This document shows, in pieces, positions 8,726 through 18,875 of a stretch of DNA of 64,000 bases. Under the pieces are notes generated by a model that was not told where the DNA came from, did no database searches, and was given only the letters and a program-made list of their open reading frames with translations. The DNA comes from an uncultured Chlamydiae bacterium (lineage in GTDB: Bacteria > Chlamydiota > Chlamydiia > Chlamydiales > JAJFMB01), in the NCBI GenBank assembly GCA_963696295.1, contig CAVOJR010000001.1, positions 416,001 to 480,000 of the forward strand, written 5' to 3'. Position 1 is the stretch's first letter, and every line of letters starts with the position of its first letter. Made by a program: the position numbers and the translations under genes.

Positions 8726-10102
8726 TCAAATTTTGATGAACTTCCACTTTTGGTTCCGGTACCTGATGAAATAGATGACCAGGATCAAAAACGCGCTGAT
8801 CACGATCAGCATCCAGGCGGTATCTACGCCGAGCCCCAAGTAGCGGATAGCGATGTAGACAGGGAGGAAATAGCAGAGCCACTGAATGATCACCCCGACG
8901 ATCATGATAAAGCGGGTGTCGCCCGCCGCGGTCAATAATCCGATAAATGCCCAAACCAGGCCGTCGACCAGAAAGAAACAGGCCACCCAAAACACCGTTC
9001 TTTTAAATAAGGGAAAAAAGAGGGGGTCTTTGAGCAAGTACATATCATTTTCGGAAAGCAGCAGGGAGAGGAGACGGTCGGGAAAGAACAAGGCCACAGA
9101 TAACACAAAGGCAGCAAAGAGCGATTGGAGCCGGCATGCGGAAAGAAGCACCTTCCCGATCGGTTTATAGACGGAAGCCCCGATCAGGTTGGAGGAAATG
9201 GCCGTCACGGCTTTTGACAATCCTTCAACCAGAAAGAGTGTCAGCAGATAGAAACTTTGCATCATGGAGGCGATGATCATGTAGTAGGGATCCGCTAAAA
9301 TCATCAGCCGGAAAAAGGCCATATGCCCGATCATTTCGCTCACATGCGCGATGCCGGCCGGAAAACCGATCTTGATGCAGCGAAAAAAATCGCCGAGCCT
9401 TAAAGCAAAATGGGTCGTTCCATTGTTTTGACGGTCCTCTTTGCGGAAAAAAAAGAGCAGAAAGAAGAGGATCTGGCATAATGAGGCGATCACCGTGCCG
9501 ATGGCAGCGCCAAGAACGCCGAGCTCGGGGATGCTCTTCCAGCCAAAGATCAGGACCCAATCCAATAGGCCGTTCACCACATTGGCGAGAATCGCTGCGA
9601 TGGTGATGATTTTCACTTTGCCCTGCCCGGCAAAATAGCCCATGAGCGCCGGAATCATTGTCACCAGCGAGCCGAAGTAGACAAGCGTCTGGAAATAAAT
9701 CGTTTCATTGGCTTCATTGCCCGTTCCGTGAAAGATAAGGCCCGGCAAATATTTGGCGATGAGAAAAAAAGCGGGAGTTAAGAGAATCGAAAGCCAAATC
9801 ATCTGCCAGGTGAATTGCCCCATGCGGTAGCGTTGTTCGTCGGCATGATACTGTCCGACAAACACTTCGGTGATACCCGCTACCGTGATGGGCGCGACGA
9901 AGATGGCGTAGGCCGCCGTTCCCCCGTGGGCCGCCGCCGTCAAAGCCTCGACGGAATATTGAGCGAGCAGCAGCCGGTCCACGAACATCATCACGCTGGT
10001 GGACAAAAGAGCCAGGATGAGAGGCCAGGCAATAGTCCACATCTCCAAAAAAGAGCCGAGAGGATATCGGGTTAATTGATAACTTTTTAATTCACTAGTC
10101 AT
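8726..10102 (-). CDS. MATE-family efflux transporter
   Basis: About 12 TM segments; AWPLILALLSTSVMMFVDR, PELGVLGAAIGT, AAGDTRF. Confidence 0.9.
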   Translation of the reverse strand: MTSELKSYQLTRYPLGSFLEMWTIAWPLILALLSTSVMMFVDRLLLAQYSVEALTAAAHGGTAAYAIFVAPITVAGITEVFVGQYHADEQRYRMGQFTWQMIWLSILLTPAFFLIAKYLPGLIFHGTGNEANETIYFQTLVYFGSLVTMIPALMGYFAGQGKVKIITIAAILANVVNGLLDWVLIFGWKSIPELGVLGAAIGTVIASLCQILFFLLFFFRKEDRQNNGTTHFALRLGDFFRCIKIGFPAGIAHVSEMIGHMAFFRLMILADPYYMIIASMMQSFYLLTLFLVEGLSKAVTAISSNLIGASVYKPIGKVLLSACRLQSLFAAFVLSVALFFPDRLLSLLLSENDMYLLKDPLFFPLFKRTVFWVACFFLVDGLVWAFIGLLTAAGDTRFIMIVGVIIQWLCYFLPVYIAIRYLGLGVDTAWMLIVISAFLILVIYFIRYRNQKWKFIKI

Positions 10103-10111
10103 AAATTCAGG

Positions 10112-10140
10112 AGTGTAATTTTAACCGGTCCAATTTTCAA
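10112..10140 (-). promoter_or_regulatory. Putative sigma66 promoter of the MATE/PAP2 unit
   Basis: Minus strand TTGAAA-N17-TACACT, 9 nt before the ATG, no SD. Confidence 0.5.
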
Positions 10141-10259
10141 TCTTAATCTTGCAGGAACCCTCATAATATTTTTAAATCATGCTTCTTCCGAAAATTATTG
10201 AAAAAAAACTCATATAGAGCGACAATGCTTCACAAATTTCCCGCTTGGAGACAAAGTTT

Positions 10260-11099
10260 ATGTTCCCTTCCGAACTGGTATGTGAAATCAATCAGAAAGA
10301 ATCCTGCAAATCCCTGCACCAGCACTTTAACCTGTTCTACCAAATCCTCTCCGAAAACCAGCCCTATACCGCCGGAACAAACACGTGCGGCGTCAACCAC
10401 TGTCTTTCCGGCATTCCGGACAGCTATCACAATGCCGTTATCGGCTGTCCCGATAAAAACTGGGATGAAGGGATCGAAGGAGAGCTGGAGCAGTTCAACA
10501 AGGCCAACCTCTCTTTTGTCTGGTATGTCGATGAAACGGCCAATCCGGAATTTAAAGAAAAATTGAAAGAGCACGGCTTTCTCGATTCGGGCATTTTTCA
10601 AGGGGTGATCGGCGAGCTGACCGACAATATCCCCACCCCGAAGATACCGCCCGGCTGCGAACTGGAACGGGTCATGGATGAAAAAACGATGGACGCCTTC
10701 AGTGAACTCGTCTGCTCCACTCTCGCCATCTCCGACAAGGCGGGCGCCGCCTACAAGAAAGCTCTATGGCAGGCGGCTCAAGGAGATAAGCCCCTCTTAT
10801 TTCACTGGGTTGCGCGCCAGGACGGCAAGGTGGTCTCCGCCTTAACTACCTTGGTGAGCGGCGAGGCTGTCAGTTTTTGGAACGGGGCGACCCACCCCGA
10901 TTACCGCTGCCACGGAATCAATACGGCGCTCCGCTGCCTGGCGCTAAAAGACGCCGCATCGAAAGGGTGCCATACCGGCATCTCCTTTTTGATGGGCGAC
11001 GGGATGGCCTTTGGCATTTGCAAGAAACTGGGCTTCCAGACCAAATGGCGCTTCCACGCCTTTCAATCTCCCAAGGCAAATCAGGAAAAAATAATTTAA
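10260..11099 (+). CDS. GNAT-family acetyltransferase
   Basis: C-terminal GATHPDYRCHGIN motif A and KKLGF; GGAG RBS before ATG 10260. Confidence 0.8.
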   Translation: MFPSELVCEINQKESCKSLHQHFNLFYQILSENQPYTAGTNTCGVNHCLSGIPDSYHNAVIGCPDKNWDEGIEGELEQFNKANLSFVWYVDETANPEFKEKLKEHGFLDSGIFQGVIGELTDNIPTPKIPPGCELERVMDEKTMDAFSELVCSTLAISDKAGAAYKKALWQAAQGDKPLLFHWVARQDGKVVSALTTLVSGEAVSFWNGATHPDYRCHGINTALRCLALKDAASKGCHTGISFLMGDGMAFGICKKLGFQTKWRFHAFQSPKANQEKII

Positions 11100-11103
11100 A
11101 TTA

Positions 11104-12045
11104 ATGGAATTACCAATTATTGCCGATGGGGAAGACAAGAGCTCCCCTTTCAAAAACCGGATCAGAAAAAACTACCGCCACGTCCGCAAATGGGCCAAAA
11201 GAACGGCGACAAACTGCTTCCGCATCTACGACCGGGATATCAAGGAATACCCTCTCACCATCGACTTCTATGCCGGCCACTTTTATGTGCAGGTCTTCAC
11301 AACCGGCGACGAAATCCCCGAGGAGCTGCAAAAAGAAACTGAGGAAGCGCTCTGCTCCATTTTTGAAACTAATACCTCTCTTATTTTTTGGCGCGCGCGC
11401 GTCAAGCGGAAAAAAATCGAGCAGTATGAAAAAGTGAACGATTTGAAAAGCTTTTTCATCGTGCAGGAATATGGGGTCCTCTTCTATGTCAATCTCCACG
11501 ATTATCTCGATACCGGCCTCTTTCTCGACCACCGGGAAACAAGGCAGATCGTGGCGGCCCGGGCCAAGGGGAAAAGAGTCCTGAACTTATTTGCCTACAC
11601 CTGCGCCTTCAGCGTGCATGCGGCAAAAGCCGGCGCCTCCTTTACCAAAAGCGTCGACCTCTCCAACACCTACACCGAATGGGGAAGGGAAAATTTTCTT
11701 TTAAACTCCCTCTCTTTGAAAAACAACGAAATCGTCCGGGCCGACTGCTTAAAATTTTTATTCGAGGAGACCGCCAAATACGACCTGATTATCATCGATC
11801 CCCCTACCCTTTCCCGCTCCAAGAAGATGGATCAAATGTTCGACATCCAGCAAGATTATGTCCCGCTCATCCAGCAAGCCTTAAAATTGCTAAACGAGGA
11901 GGGCACCCTCTATTTTAGCACGAATTTCAGGCAATTCTCCTTTGACGACGCCCTCTTTTCGGCCAAAGAGATCACTAGGAGAACCATTCCGATCGATTTC
12001 CACAACCAAAAAATCCACCGCTGCTGGGAAATAATAAACAAATAA
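11104..12045 (+). CDS. RlmK-like (C-terminal half of RlmKL) 23S rRNA methyltransferase
   Basis: FKNRIRKN, FRIYDRDI, DYLDTGLFLDHR, LNLFAYT, IIDPPT. Confidence 0.88.
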   Translation: MELPIIADGEDKSSPFKNRIRKNYRHVRKWAKRTATNCFRIYDRDIKEYPLTIDFYAGHFYVQVFTTGDEIPEELQKETEEALCSIFETNTSLIFWRARVKRKKIEQYEKVNDLKSFFIVQEYGVLFYVNLHDYLDTGLFLDHRETRQIVAARAKGKRVLNLFAYTCAFSVHAAKAGASFTKSVDLSNTYTEWGRENFLLNSLSLKNNEIVRADCLKFLFEETAKYDLIIIDPPTLSRSKKMDQMFDIQQDYVPLIQQALKLLNEEGTLYFSTNFRQFSFDDALFSAKEITRRTIPIDFHNQKIHRCWEIINK

Positions 12046-12097
12046 GAATATCCAGATATTTACATTGTTATAATCAATGTGCTACAATCTTGCAACA

Positions 12098-13975
12098 ATG
12101 CAAGCAATAATTAAATATAATTATATCAATCCACCCCAACCCCTCCAGGACCCGGGAAGTTCAAGCGGAGCCTATGATGTCCCGGGCGAATATTATCAAA
12201 ACGTTCACCAGCTAAAGACCCCCGGCACGAAGGTTGATCTCCTGGCCGAAACATTTCCCCTTCCCTTCGATGCCCTGTGCAGGCTGGAAAATTACTGCTG
12301 CCTGGCTGAGATCGATGTGGCGGATCTTTGCGCGGAGTATGCCGGGTTTCATGCGGCGCTTGGTGAGAACGAGTGCGCGAGGCTAGGGCTTTTTCTTGTC
12401 TCAAAGCTTTTGAAATTTACGGTTTATGAAAAAAAAGGAGTCTCCCTTTTTGAAGCCTTTGAAGATTATAAAATGTCGGAGCTTTTTATGGAAAATTGTG
12501 GGAGTTTCTCCGATTTCCTTGAAAGTTATACAAAAAAGCCGATTTTCGAGGCCCTGAAATGCGCTTATGCCTCAAGTATTGATTATTTACCGCGTGGATT
12601 TAAAGAAAAGATTGAGGAAGCTTTGCGGGCAGGCCCTACCGACCTCTCTGAATTTTATGCCCTCTTAAAGGCTTTTCCGGGCGTTTCCCCGATGACCCTA
12701 GTCAATTTGCAAAGGGAGGGAAGGACCCCCTCGCTCCTTAAAGCCTTGCATACGCGCGATCCGGATTTTCCTCCCTTTCCTCTTGTTTTCCAGGAGATGG
12801 AGGGATATGCAAAATGCGCTCCTCATATCGACAGCAAGCTCATGTACGTCGCGTACGAAATTATGGGAGATAGAATCGAAAATGCTTTTGAGATGTTGGA
12901 GGATATCGAACCTTCGAAAATGGAGAGTCTTCTTGCAAGCTTCACCCTCGGGTGCATGAATGGGGAGCTTTGCACGCTCATGAATACGTACGGCTACCCA
13001 TTGGATGCGCTTGTTGAGCTGCGAAAGAATGAACTTTTAAAAAAAATGCATGATTTCCGCATCCCTTACGAAATGGTAAAAGATTGCCTGCCTGAATTTA
13101 TTGCCTTTTTAGGATCTGAAAAATGCGATCAGAGGGCAAGACTCTTTTTTGCCTTGAAGCCCGATTTTAGCCTTCTCAATAAGAGCATCGCGATTCCGTA
13201 TGGGATATGGGAGAGCTATGTCGTTCGGATTGAGGGGTGGGGCGACGGTTATAATGCGATCGACCGGCAGCAAGCGTACGGCGACCTCATGCACCGGGCG
13301 GTGATGCTCACGGCAGAGGCGATCAAGCGGAAGCTCCCCTTTTCGGCCGTACTTGACTTCGCAGCTTACCAGCGGTTTAAGATCGCAGAAACTCTAGGGC
13401 ATGAGGGCGCGGAGAAATTTGGACTGCGTCTGACTCCTGATGATATTCCGATTGTGACCCCATGCGTGAATCGGTATGCATTCCTTGCAGATGAGCTGCT
13501 AAAGGCTCCATTTGAACCGCTATCTTGCGTTCAAAGCGAATTATCCCCTCCCACAACACAAAAACTGGCAAAGAGAAATCGAACCTGGAAAATCCTCAAG
13601 ATGCGCTATGAAGAGAGCTATCAGGAGCTGATCGTGGCAGATTCCATCGGAACTTTTTATCACTCAGCGCCATCGCAAATAGCCGCCATGGAAAAGAGGG
13701 GGGAGAACGCGTTCAAGGAGGCCTTTGCGGCCAAGGAAGAAGGATCGATTTTCTCACACAATGGGGAAGTTTTCTGGTGTATATGCACAGGAAAGTTTTG
13801 GCATCGCGCCGACCCGAGCATTGCAGAGATCGTTACCAAGGCCTCCCTTGCCCTTCAGGGCTATACCAATCTTCGCTGGAAAAAGGGAAAGATTCCTTGG
13901 GCGGAAGTGATATTGACCCCCACCCCGCAGCAGTTCGGCGCCAAATTCCGCACTCTCCTAGAAATTTTAGCATGA
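12098..13975 (+). CDS. Large candidate effector with an AvrB/AvrC-like (Fido-related) C-terminal region
   Basis: Long ORF with P/S-rich N-terminus; C-terminal ExxW...RxxxxxAE...G...KxGxxPxxE...F spacing recalls AvrB. Start could be 12077. Confidence 0.5.
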   Translation: MQAIIKYNYINPPQPLQDPGSSSGAYDVPGEYYQNVHQLKTPGTKVDLLAETFPLPFDALCRLENYCCLAEIDVADLCAEYAGFHAALGENECARLGLFLVSKLLKFTVYEKKGVSLFEAFEDYKMSELFMENCGSFSDFLESYTKKPIFEALKCAYASSIDYLPRGFKEKIEEALRAGPTDLSEFYALLKAFPGVSPMTLVNLQREGRTPSLLKALHTRDPDFPPFPLVFQEMEGYAKCAPHIDSKLMYVAYEIMGDRIENAFEMLEDIEPSKMESLLASFTLGCMNGELCTLMNTYGYPLDALVELRKNELLKKMHDFRIPYEMVKDCLPEFIAFLGSEKCDQRARLFFALKPDFSLLNKSIAIPYGIWESYVVRIEGWGDGYNAIDRQQAYGDLMHRAVMLTAEAIKRKLPFSAVLDFAAYQRFKIAETLGHEGAEKFGLRLTPDDIPIVTPCVNRYAFLADELLKAPFEPLSCVQSELSPPTTQKLAKRNRTWKILKMRYEESYQELIVADSIGTFYHSAPSQIAAMEKRGENAFKEAFAAKEEGSIFSHNGEVFWCICTGKFWHRADPSIAEIVTKASLALQGYTNLRWKKGKIPWAEVILTPTPQQFGAKFRTLLEILA

Positions 13976-14015
13976 ACAAAATAATATCATGATGGTATCA
14001 TCGTGAGGTATTATT

Positions 14016-14231
14016 ATGTCTACTTCTAACTTTAATTTGAGATGCATCCCGCATAAGGTCATGCTAACTCTAAAACAAAAAGCAAATATCAGCAGAATAG
14101 GCTATTCCAGACCAAAAAAGAAAATTTACCACGATTTAGATGAACTGGCAGGAACCTGGTCAGCCCGGGAAGAGAAAGCTTTTAAGAAAAATCCAAATAC
14201 TTTGAACAAATTGACAAGGATCTTTGGATAA
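14016..14231 (+). pseudogene. Degenerate VapB-like (ribbon-helix-helix) antitoxin
   Basis: NFNLRCIP and YHDLDELAGTWS present; middle helix apparently deleted; the tail YFEQIDKDLW is in another frame. Confidence 0.7.
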
Positions 14232-14451
14232 CCAGATCCTCACTATTCTGCAACATGCTGATGAGATAGGGATGAGCGTTATCGTTTTGAATCTTCAAAC
14301 ATCAGAAAAAAAGGGGAAACCAATACCCACAAATGATATTTGGATAGCAGCTCAAGCGTTAGAGCACGGCTGTATCTTCTGTTCCTATGATGCCCATTTC
14401 AGAGAAATTGATGGCTTATTAGTCGCCACGACATTAGAGGACTTCCTTTAA
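14224..14451 (+). pseudogene. vapC: Degenerate VapC PIN toxin
   Basis: KKGKPIPTNDIWIAAQALEHG..SYDAHF retained; N-terminal DTN strand and central helices absent; no proper start. Confidence 0.8.
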
Positions 14452-15515
14452 ACTTTGGGCCGCTGCTCATGCCACTTGTTGAAAATGTAAGCATCTCCAT
14501 ACCAGCCTGTTGCGCACATAACAAAGTCGGCGTACTGCAAAAACTCATCGAAATGCCCCTTTTCTGTAATCCCTCCGCCTGCGATGAGAATGAGACTTAA
14601 GCCTTTCTCCGTAATGACTTCCCGGGCATCTCTCGCAAAGGCGAGAGCAGTTTCCCGGATCGGAAAGCCGCAAACACCGGACACCTTCCGCTTCTCATCA
14701 AGTGCAGGCGATCCGTCCTGATTTCGGATTTCCACCGGAACGGTGTTGATCCCGCTCACAGCCTTCACACCGGCATTTTCAGCGGCAATCAAGGTCTTTG
14801 CGAGCTGCTCTTTGCTCTCAAACCGGCCGACTTTGATAATCAGAGGGATTCCCTCAAGCGCCTCGACGATCGCATGACTGACTGTCGCCACCCCTTCAGG
14901 ATCGAGATAGAGCTGCCCCTCTTTGGAACAAACATTGGGACAGGAAAAGTTAGCTTCGATAATTTTCGCTCCACAATTTTTGGCGAGGAGCGCCGCCTCG
15001 ACAAAACCGGCAGTATCGGTTCCGACGACAGAGACTATCAGCACCTGCCCCTCTTTCGCCTGCGCGATGGCCTTTGGTATGTCTTCCCGCAAATAGTCCG
15101 CTCCTTTTGAGGGCATGCCAAAGGAATTCGTGATAGCTATCTTGGAGGGGTCTTCAGGGGGTTCATCCAGCGCGTACAAAACTTTTGGCGGATTTTTCGG
15201 ATCGAACATCTCCAACACATCGATATAGCGCACATTGGGGAAGCCATTGACAGGTTTCGGTTCCGCCCTGATCGTTTTGTAGCAGCAGATATCGGCGCCC
15301 AATTGAAAAGCTGCCTCCGTCCACTTGGAATTCAGCAGGGGTCCGGCCGGTATCCCGAGGCGGGAAGCGACGGGCACTCCCAGGAAATCGACAAAACCCT
15401 CTTTGGAGGGAAATTCCCTTGCCGGCAACTCCCCGGAAAAAACAGGCCCGCTTTCGCAATTGTCATCATAGGCAGCATTCACATTATATAAAAAAAGCAG
15501 ACCAAGGATCCACAT
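14448..15515 (-). CDS. Dihydroorotate dehydrogenase-like flavoprotein
   Basis: GIPAGPLLNS, YKTIR, ITNSFGMPS, EANFSCPNV, GINT, GGGIT. Confidence 0.8.
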   Translation of the reverse strand: MWILGLLFLYNVNAAYDDNCESGPVFSGELPAREFPSKEGFVDFLGVPVASRLGIPAGPLLNSKWTEAAFQLGADICCYKTIRAEPKPVNGFPNVRYIDVLEMFDPKNPPKVLYALDEPPEDPSKIAITNSFGMPSKGADYLREDIPKAIAQAKEGQVLIVSVVGTDTAGFVEAALLAKNCGAKIIEANFSCPNVCSKEGQLYLDPEGVATVSHAIVEALEGIPLIIKVGRFESKEQLAKTLIAAENAGVKAVSGINTVPVEIRNQDGSPALDEKRKVSGVCGFPIRETALAFARDAREVITEKGLSLILIAGGGITEKGHFDEFLQYADFVMCATGWYGDAYIFNKWHEQRPKV

Positions 15516-15634
15516 ACAGCAACCTCTTTTTTTTAAAGCAGCCTACCATAGCTCAACATTCAAAATGTTGCAAGAAAATCCGAAACTGTTGACAAAAGGC
15601 AGACATTGTCATCTCATTAAACTTGAGAATTGAT

Positions 15635-15928
15635 ATGCCCGTTTATACTTATTCCCCAGAAAAGAACATCAAACTAATTTTAGAGCGGAATATTAGTTTC
15701 GAAGAAGTTATTGTTGCGATTGAAAATGATCAAATTTTAGATATTCTTGAACATCCAAATCAAGATACGTATAAAGATCAAAAATTGTATGTAATTAATA
15801 TAAAAGGTTATTTTTATATGGTTCCTTTTGTAACGGATTCTAATGGTAATATATTTCTTAAAACCATTATTCCTAGTTGAAAGGCAAAACAAAACTACAG
15901 TGAGGAGAAAGAAATTGAAAAAAAGTAA
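15635..15928 (+). pseudogene. brnT: BrnT-family toxin with a premature stop at 15878-15880
   Basis: EKNIKLILERNISFEEV...FLKTIIPS*KAKQNY: TGA sits where the Arg of the usual PSRK motif belongs, and the frame stays open to TAA 15928. Confidence 0.75.
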
Positions 15929-16199
15929 AGAATCAGATCATCTTGACGATGAAGAAAAAGAGATTTTAGCTTCTTTTGAAAAAAAGGAATGGAAAACTGT
16001 AAAAAAAGTTAAAAAGGAAAAAGCTGCCGCTCGCAAAGTTGCAGAGAAAACTCTCCAAAAAGATATTCGAATAAATATCCGCATATCAAGCAGTGACATC
16101 TTCAGCATCAAACAAAAAGCCGCTTACGAGGGAATACCTTATCAAACGCTTATTGCAAGCATTTTACATAAATATGCTGCTGGACACTTACACCTTTAG
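15915..16199 (+). CDS. BrnA/CopG-like antitoxin
   Basis: GAGGAG RBS with TTG start; LDDEEKEIL..RINIRIS..IKQKAAYEGIPYQTLIASILHKY. Confidence 0.85.
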   Translation: MKKSKESDHLDDEEKEILASFEKKEWKTVKKVKKEKAAARKVAEKTLQKDIRINIRISSSDIFSIKQKAAYEGIPYQTLIASILHKYAAGHLHL

Positions 16200-16257
16200 C
16201 TGCATGTCGGTACATTAATATTTACGAAATTTCTTTGTTCCTGATATGATGTCCGCG

Positions 16258-18786
16258 ATGAACGAGGAAGAAAAAAAGACCACTCCGATGATGGCTCAGT
16301 GGCAGGCCTGCAAAGAGGCCGCCAAAGACTCTCTCCTGCTCTTTCGCATGGGAGACTTCTACGAGGCGTTTCACGACGACGCCTCCGTCATTGCGCGGGA
16401 ACTCGATCTCACCTTAACCAAAAGACAAGATATCCCTATGTGCGGTGTGCCCTGGCACACCAGCGATAGCTATATCGACAAACTCGTCGGCAAAGGGTAT
16501 CGCGTCGCTGTCGCCGAGCAGACCGAAGACCCGAAATTCGCGAAAGGCCTGGTGAAGCGGGGCATTGTGCGCGTCGTCACCCCGGGAACGCTGATCGACT
16601 CCAGCTTATTATCCGAAAAGCGGAATAACTTTTTTGCCTCCATTACCCGCGTGGGCTCGATTTTCGGCCTCGCCTATCTCGATCTGACGACCGCCGAATT
16701 TCGCGTCATCGAGTTTCTCGATCTGCAAGAGTTGATCAATGAGATCCACCGGCTGAAACCCGCGGAGTTTCTCACGCCGCAAAGGTTCTACAACCAGCAC
16801 CTCAAACTTTTTGAAGACCTGCGGCAAAGCTTTGACACTTTGATCAATACGCGGGACGACTGGACCTTCGAGCATCAGACGACTTACGAATTTCTCGTGC
16901 AGCACTTCAAAGTGCACAATCTCGACGGCTTCGGCCTCAAAGGGATGGTGGTCGGAGTCAACGCCGCCGGGGCCCTTCTCCACTTTCTGCAAAGCGATCT
17001 TTGCCTGCCGATCGAACATATCCAGGATATCTCCACCTACTCCACTTCGGAGTTCATGACTTTGGACCGGATGACGATGCGCAATCTGGAACTGACCGAA
17101 GCCCTGTATGACGGCGCCCGCAAAAACACCCTGCTTTATATCCTGGACCAGACGTTGACGCCGATGGGCGGAAGGTTAATCCGCAACTGGATCAAACAGC
17201 CGCTCCTTTCGGTGGAAAAGATCCAAAAAAGGCAAAACGCGATCGAGGCCCTGATTGCCAACCCCTTCTCCTTCAAAGAGCTCAGGCTGCATCTCCGCCA
17301 TATCAACGACCTGGAGCGGCTGATGATGAAAATCTCGTCGGGATACGCCTCGCCGCGCGACTTATACGCTCTTCGCCAATCCCTGGAAGCGCTCCCCCAT
17401 CTCAAAGGGGTTTTGCTTTCGATACTCTCTAAGCCCGGGCTGCTCGATGAGCAGATGCGCCAGCTGAACCCCATTCCAAGCCTCACCCAGCTGATCGCCG
17501 CCGCCATCGCCGACGATCCCCCTGTCAGGCTCAGCGACGGCCAGGTGATCCGCGACGGTTATCACAAAGAGCTCGATGAACTCCGCACTATTTGCCACGA
17601 CAGCAAAGCGTGGATGATGCGCTACCAGCAACAGGTGCGGGATGAAACCGGCATCAGAACCTTAAAAGTCGGCTATAACAAGATTTTCGGCTACTACATC
17701 GAAGTGAGCATCGGACAGGCTCATTTGATGCCGAATTCCTTCCACCGCAAGCAGACGCTGGTTAACGCCGAGCGTTTCATCTCTCAAGAATTAAAGGACT
17801 TTGAACATAAAGTCCTTACCGCCGAAGATAAAATTGCGGCCATCGAAAGCGAGCTGTTTACCCTGGTGAGAAAAGAGGTCGCCGGATTTGCCAAGGCAGT
17901 GATGCAAATGGCGCAAGGAATCGCCTGCATTGATGTGATCCAGTCCCTCGCCACAGCCGCCAAGGAAAATCATTATATCAAACCAGTTATCAACGACGGT
18001 GACACCATTTCCATAAAAGAGGGCAGGCATCCGGTGGTGGAAGTTGTCAATAACGCCGAACCGTTCGTCCCCAACGACACTTTCCTGGACGCTGAAACTC
18101 AGCGCATGATGCTGATCACCGGGCCCAATATGGCGGGCAAGTCGACCTATATCCGGCAAGTGGCCATGCTGGCCATCATGGCGCAAATCGGCTCCTATAT
18201 TCCGGCAAAAGAAGCGACGATCGGCCTGGTCGACAAAGTCTTCACCCGCATCGGCGCTAGCGACGACCTCGCGCGCGGCCATTCCACCTTCATGGTGGAA
18301 ATGACCGAAACGGCTAATATTTTACACAACGCCACCTCCCGCTCTCTGGTCATTCTCGACGAAATTGGAAGAGGAACGAGCACTTACGACGGCATTTCGA
18401 TCGCCTGGGCTGTGGCAGAGTATTTGCTGCTGACCGAAGGGAAACAGGCAAAGACTCTCTTTGCCACTCACTACTTCGAACTCACCAAATTAGAAACGAT
18501 CGCTCCCGGCGCTGTCAATTACCATGTCGCCGTGCATGAAGCGAATGACCATATCCAATTTTTGCGTAAAATCGTCAAGGGAGACACCGACAAAAGCTAC
18601 GGAGTCCACGTGGGACGCCTGGCCGGCCTGCCGGGAACGGTGATTTCGCGGGCCAAAGAGATCCTGCTCCATCTGGAAGAAAATGGCAGCCGGGTCAACG
18701 CCTTTGAGCCTTCAAAACCAAAAAAACGGGTCAAACAGCAAGCCCCGTACGAGCCTCCGCAACAAATTCAATTGACATTGTTTTAA
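16258..18786 (+). CDS. mutS: DNA mismatch repair protein MutS
   Basis: TPMMAQW, FRMGDFYE, TGPNMAGKSTY, STFMVEM, DEIGRGTST. Confidence 0.98.
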   Translation: MNEEEKKTTPMMAQWQACKEAAKDSLLLFRMGDFYEAFHDDASVIARELDLTLTKRQDIPMCGVPWHTSDSYIDKLVGKGYRVAVAEQTEDPKFAKGLVKRGIVRVVTPGTLIDSSLLSEKRNNFFASITRVGSIFGLAYLDLTTAEFRVIEFLDLQELINEIHRLKPAEFLTPQRFYNQHLKLFEDLRQSFDTLINTRDDWTFEHQTTYEFLVQHFKVHNLDGFGLKGMVVGVNAAGALLHFLQSDLCLPIEHIQDISTYSTSEFMTLDRMTMRNLELTEALYDGARKNTLLYILDQTLTPMGGRLIRNWIKQPLLSVEKIQKRQNAIEALIANPFSFKELRLHLRHINDLERLMMKISSGYASPRDLYALRQSLEALPHLKGVLLSILSKPGLLDEQMRQLNPIPSLTQLIAAAIADDPPVRLSDGQVIRDGYHKELDELRTICHDSKAWMMRYQQQVRDETGIRTLKVGYNKIFGYYIEVSIGQAHLMPNSFHRKQTLVNAERFISQELKDFEHKVLTAEDKIAAIESELFTLVRKEVAGFAKAVMQMAQGIACIDVIQSLATAAKENHYIKPVINDGDTISIKEGRHPVVEVVNNAEPFVPNDTFLDAETQRMMLITGPNMAGKSTYIRQVAMLAIMAQIGSYIPAKEATIGLVDKVFTRIGASDDLARGHSTFMVEMTETANILHNATSRSLVILDEIGRGTSTYDGISIAWAVAEYLLLTEGKQAKTLFATHYFELTKLETIAPGAVNYHVAVHEANDHIQFLRKIVKGDTDKSYGVHVGRLAGLPGTVISRAKEILLHLEENGSRVNAFEPSKPKKRVKQQAPYEPPQQIQLTLF

Positions 18787-18875
18787 ACGAATTGCATTGC
18801 TATTCAGTCACATGCAATGTAAATTAAAATTTTATTTTATTTTTTTCCCTTTAAAGTGTATCAATAAAAACAGCT

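Noticed and set aside
8718..8990. Extended N-terminus of the PAP2 ORF (similar over-long starts for cysS, bioF, priA, nadD, S41 and the oxidase)
   Set aside because: Overlaps neighbouring genes or promoters; downstream ATGs fit better
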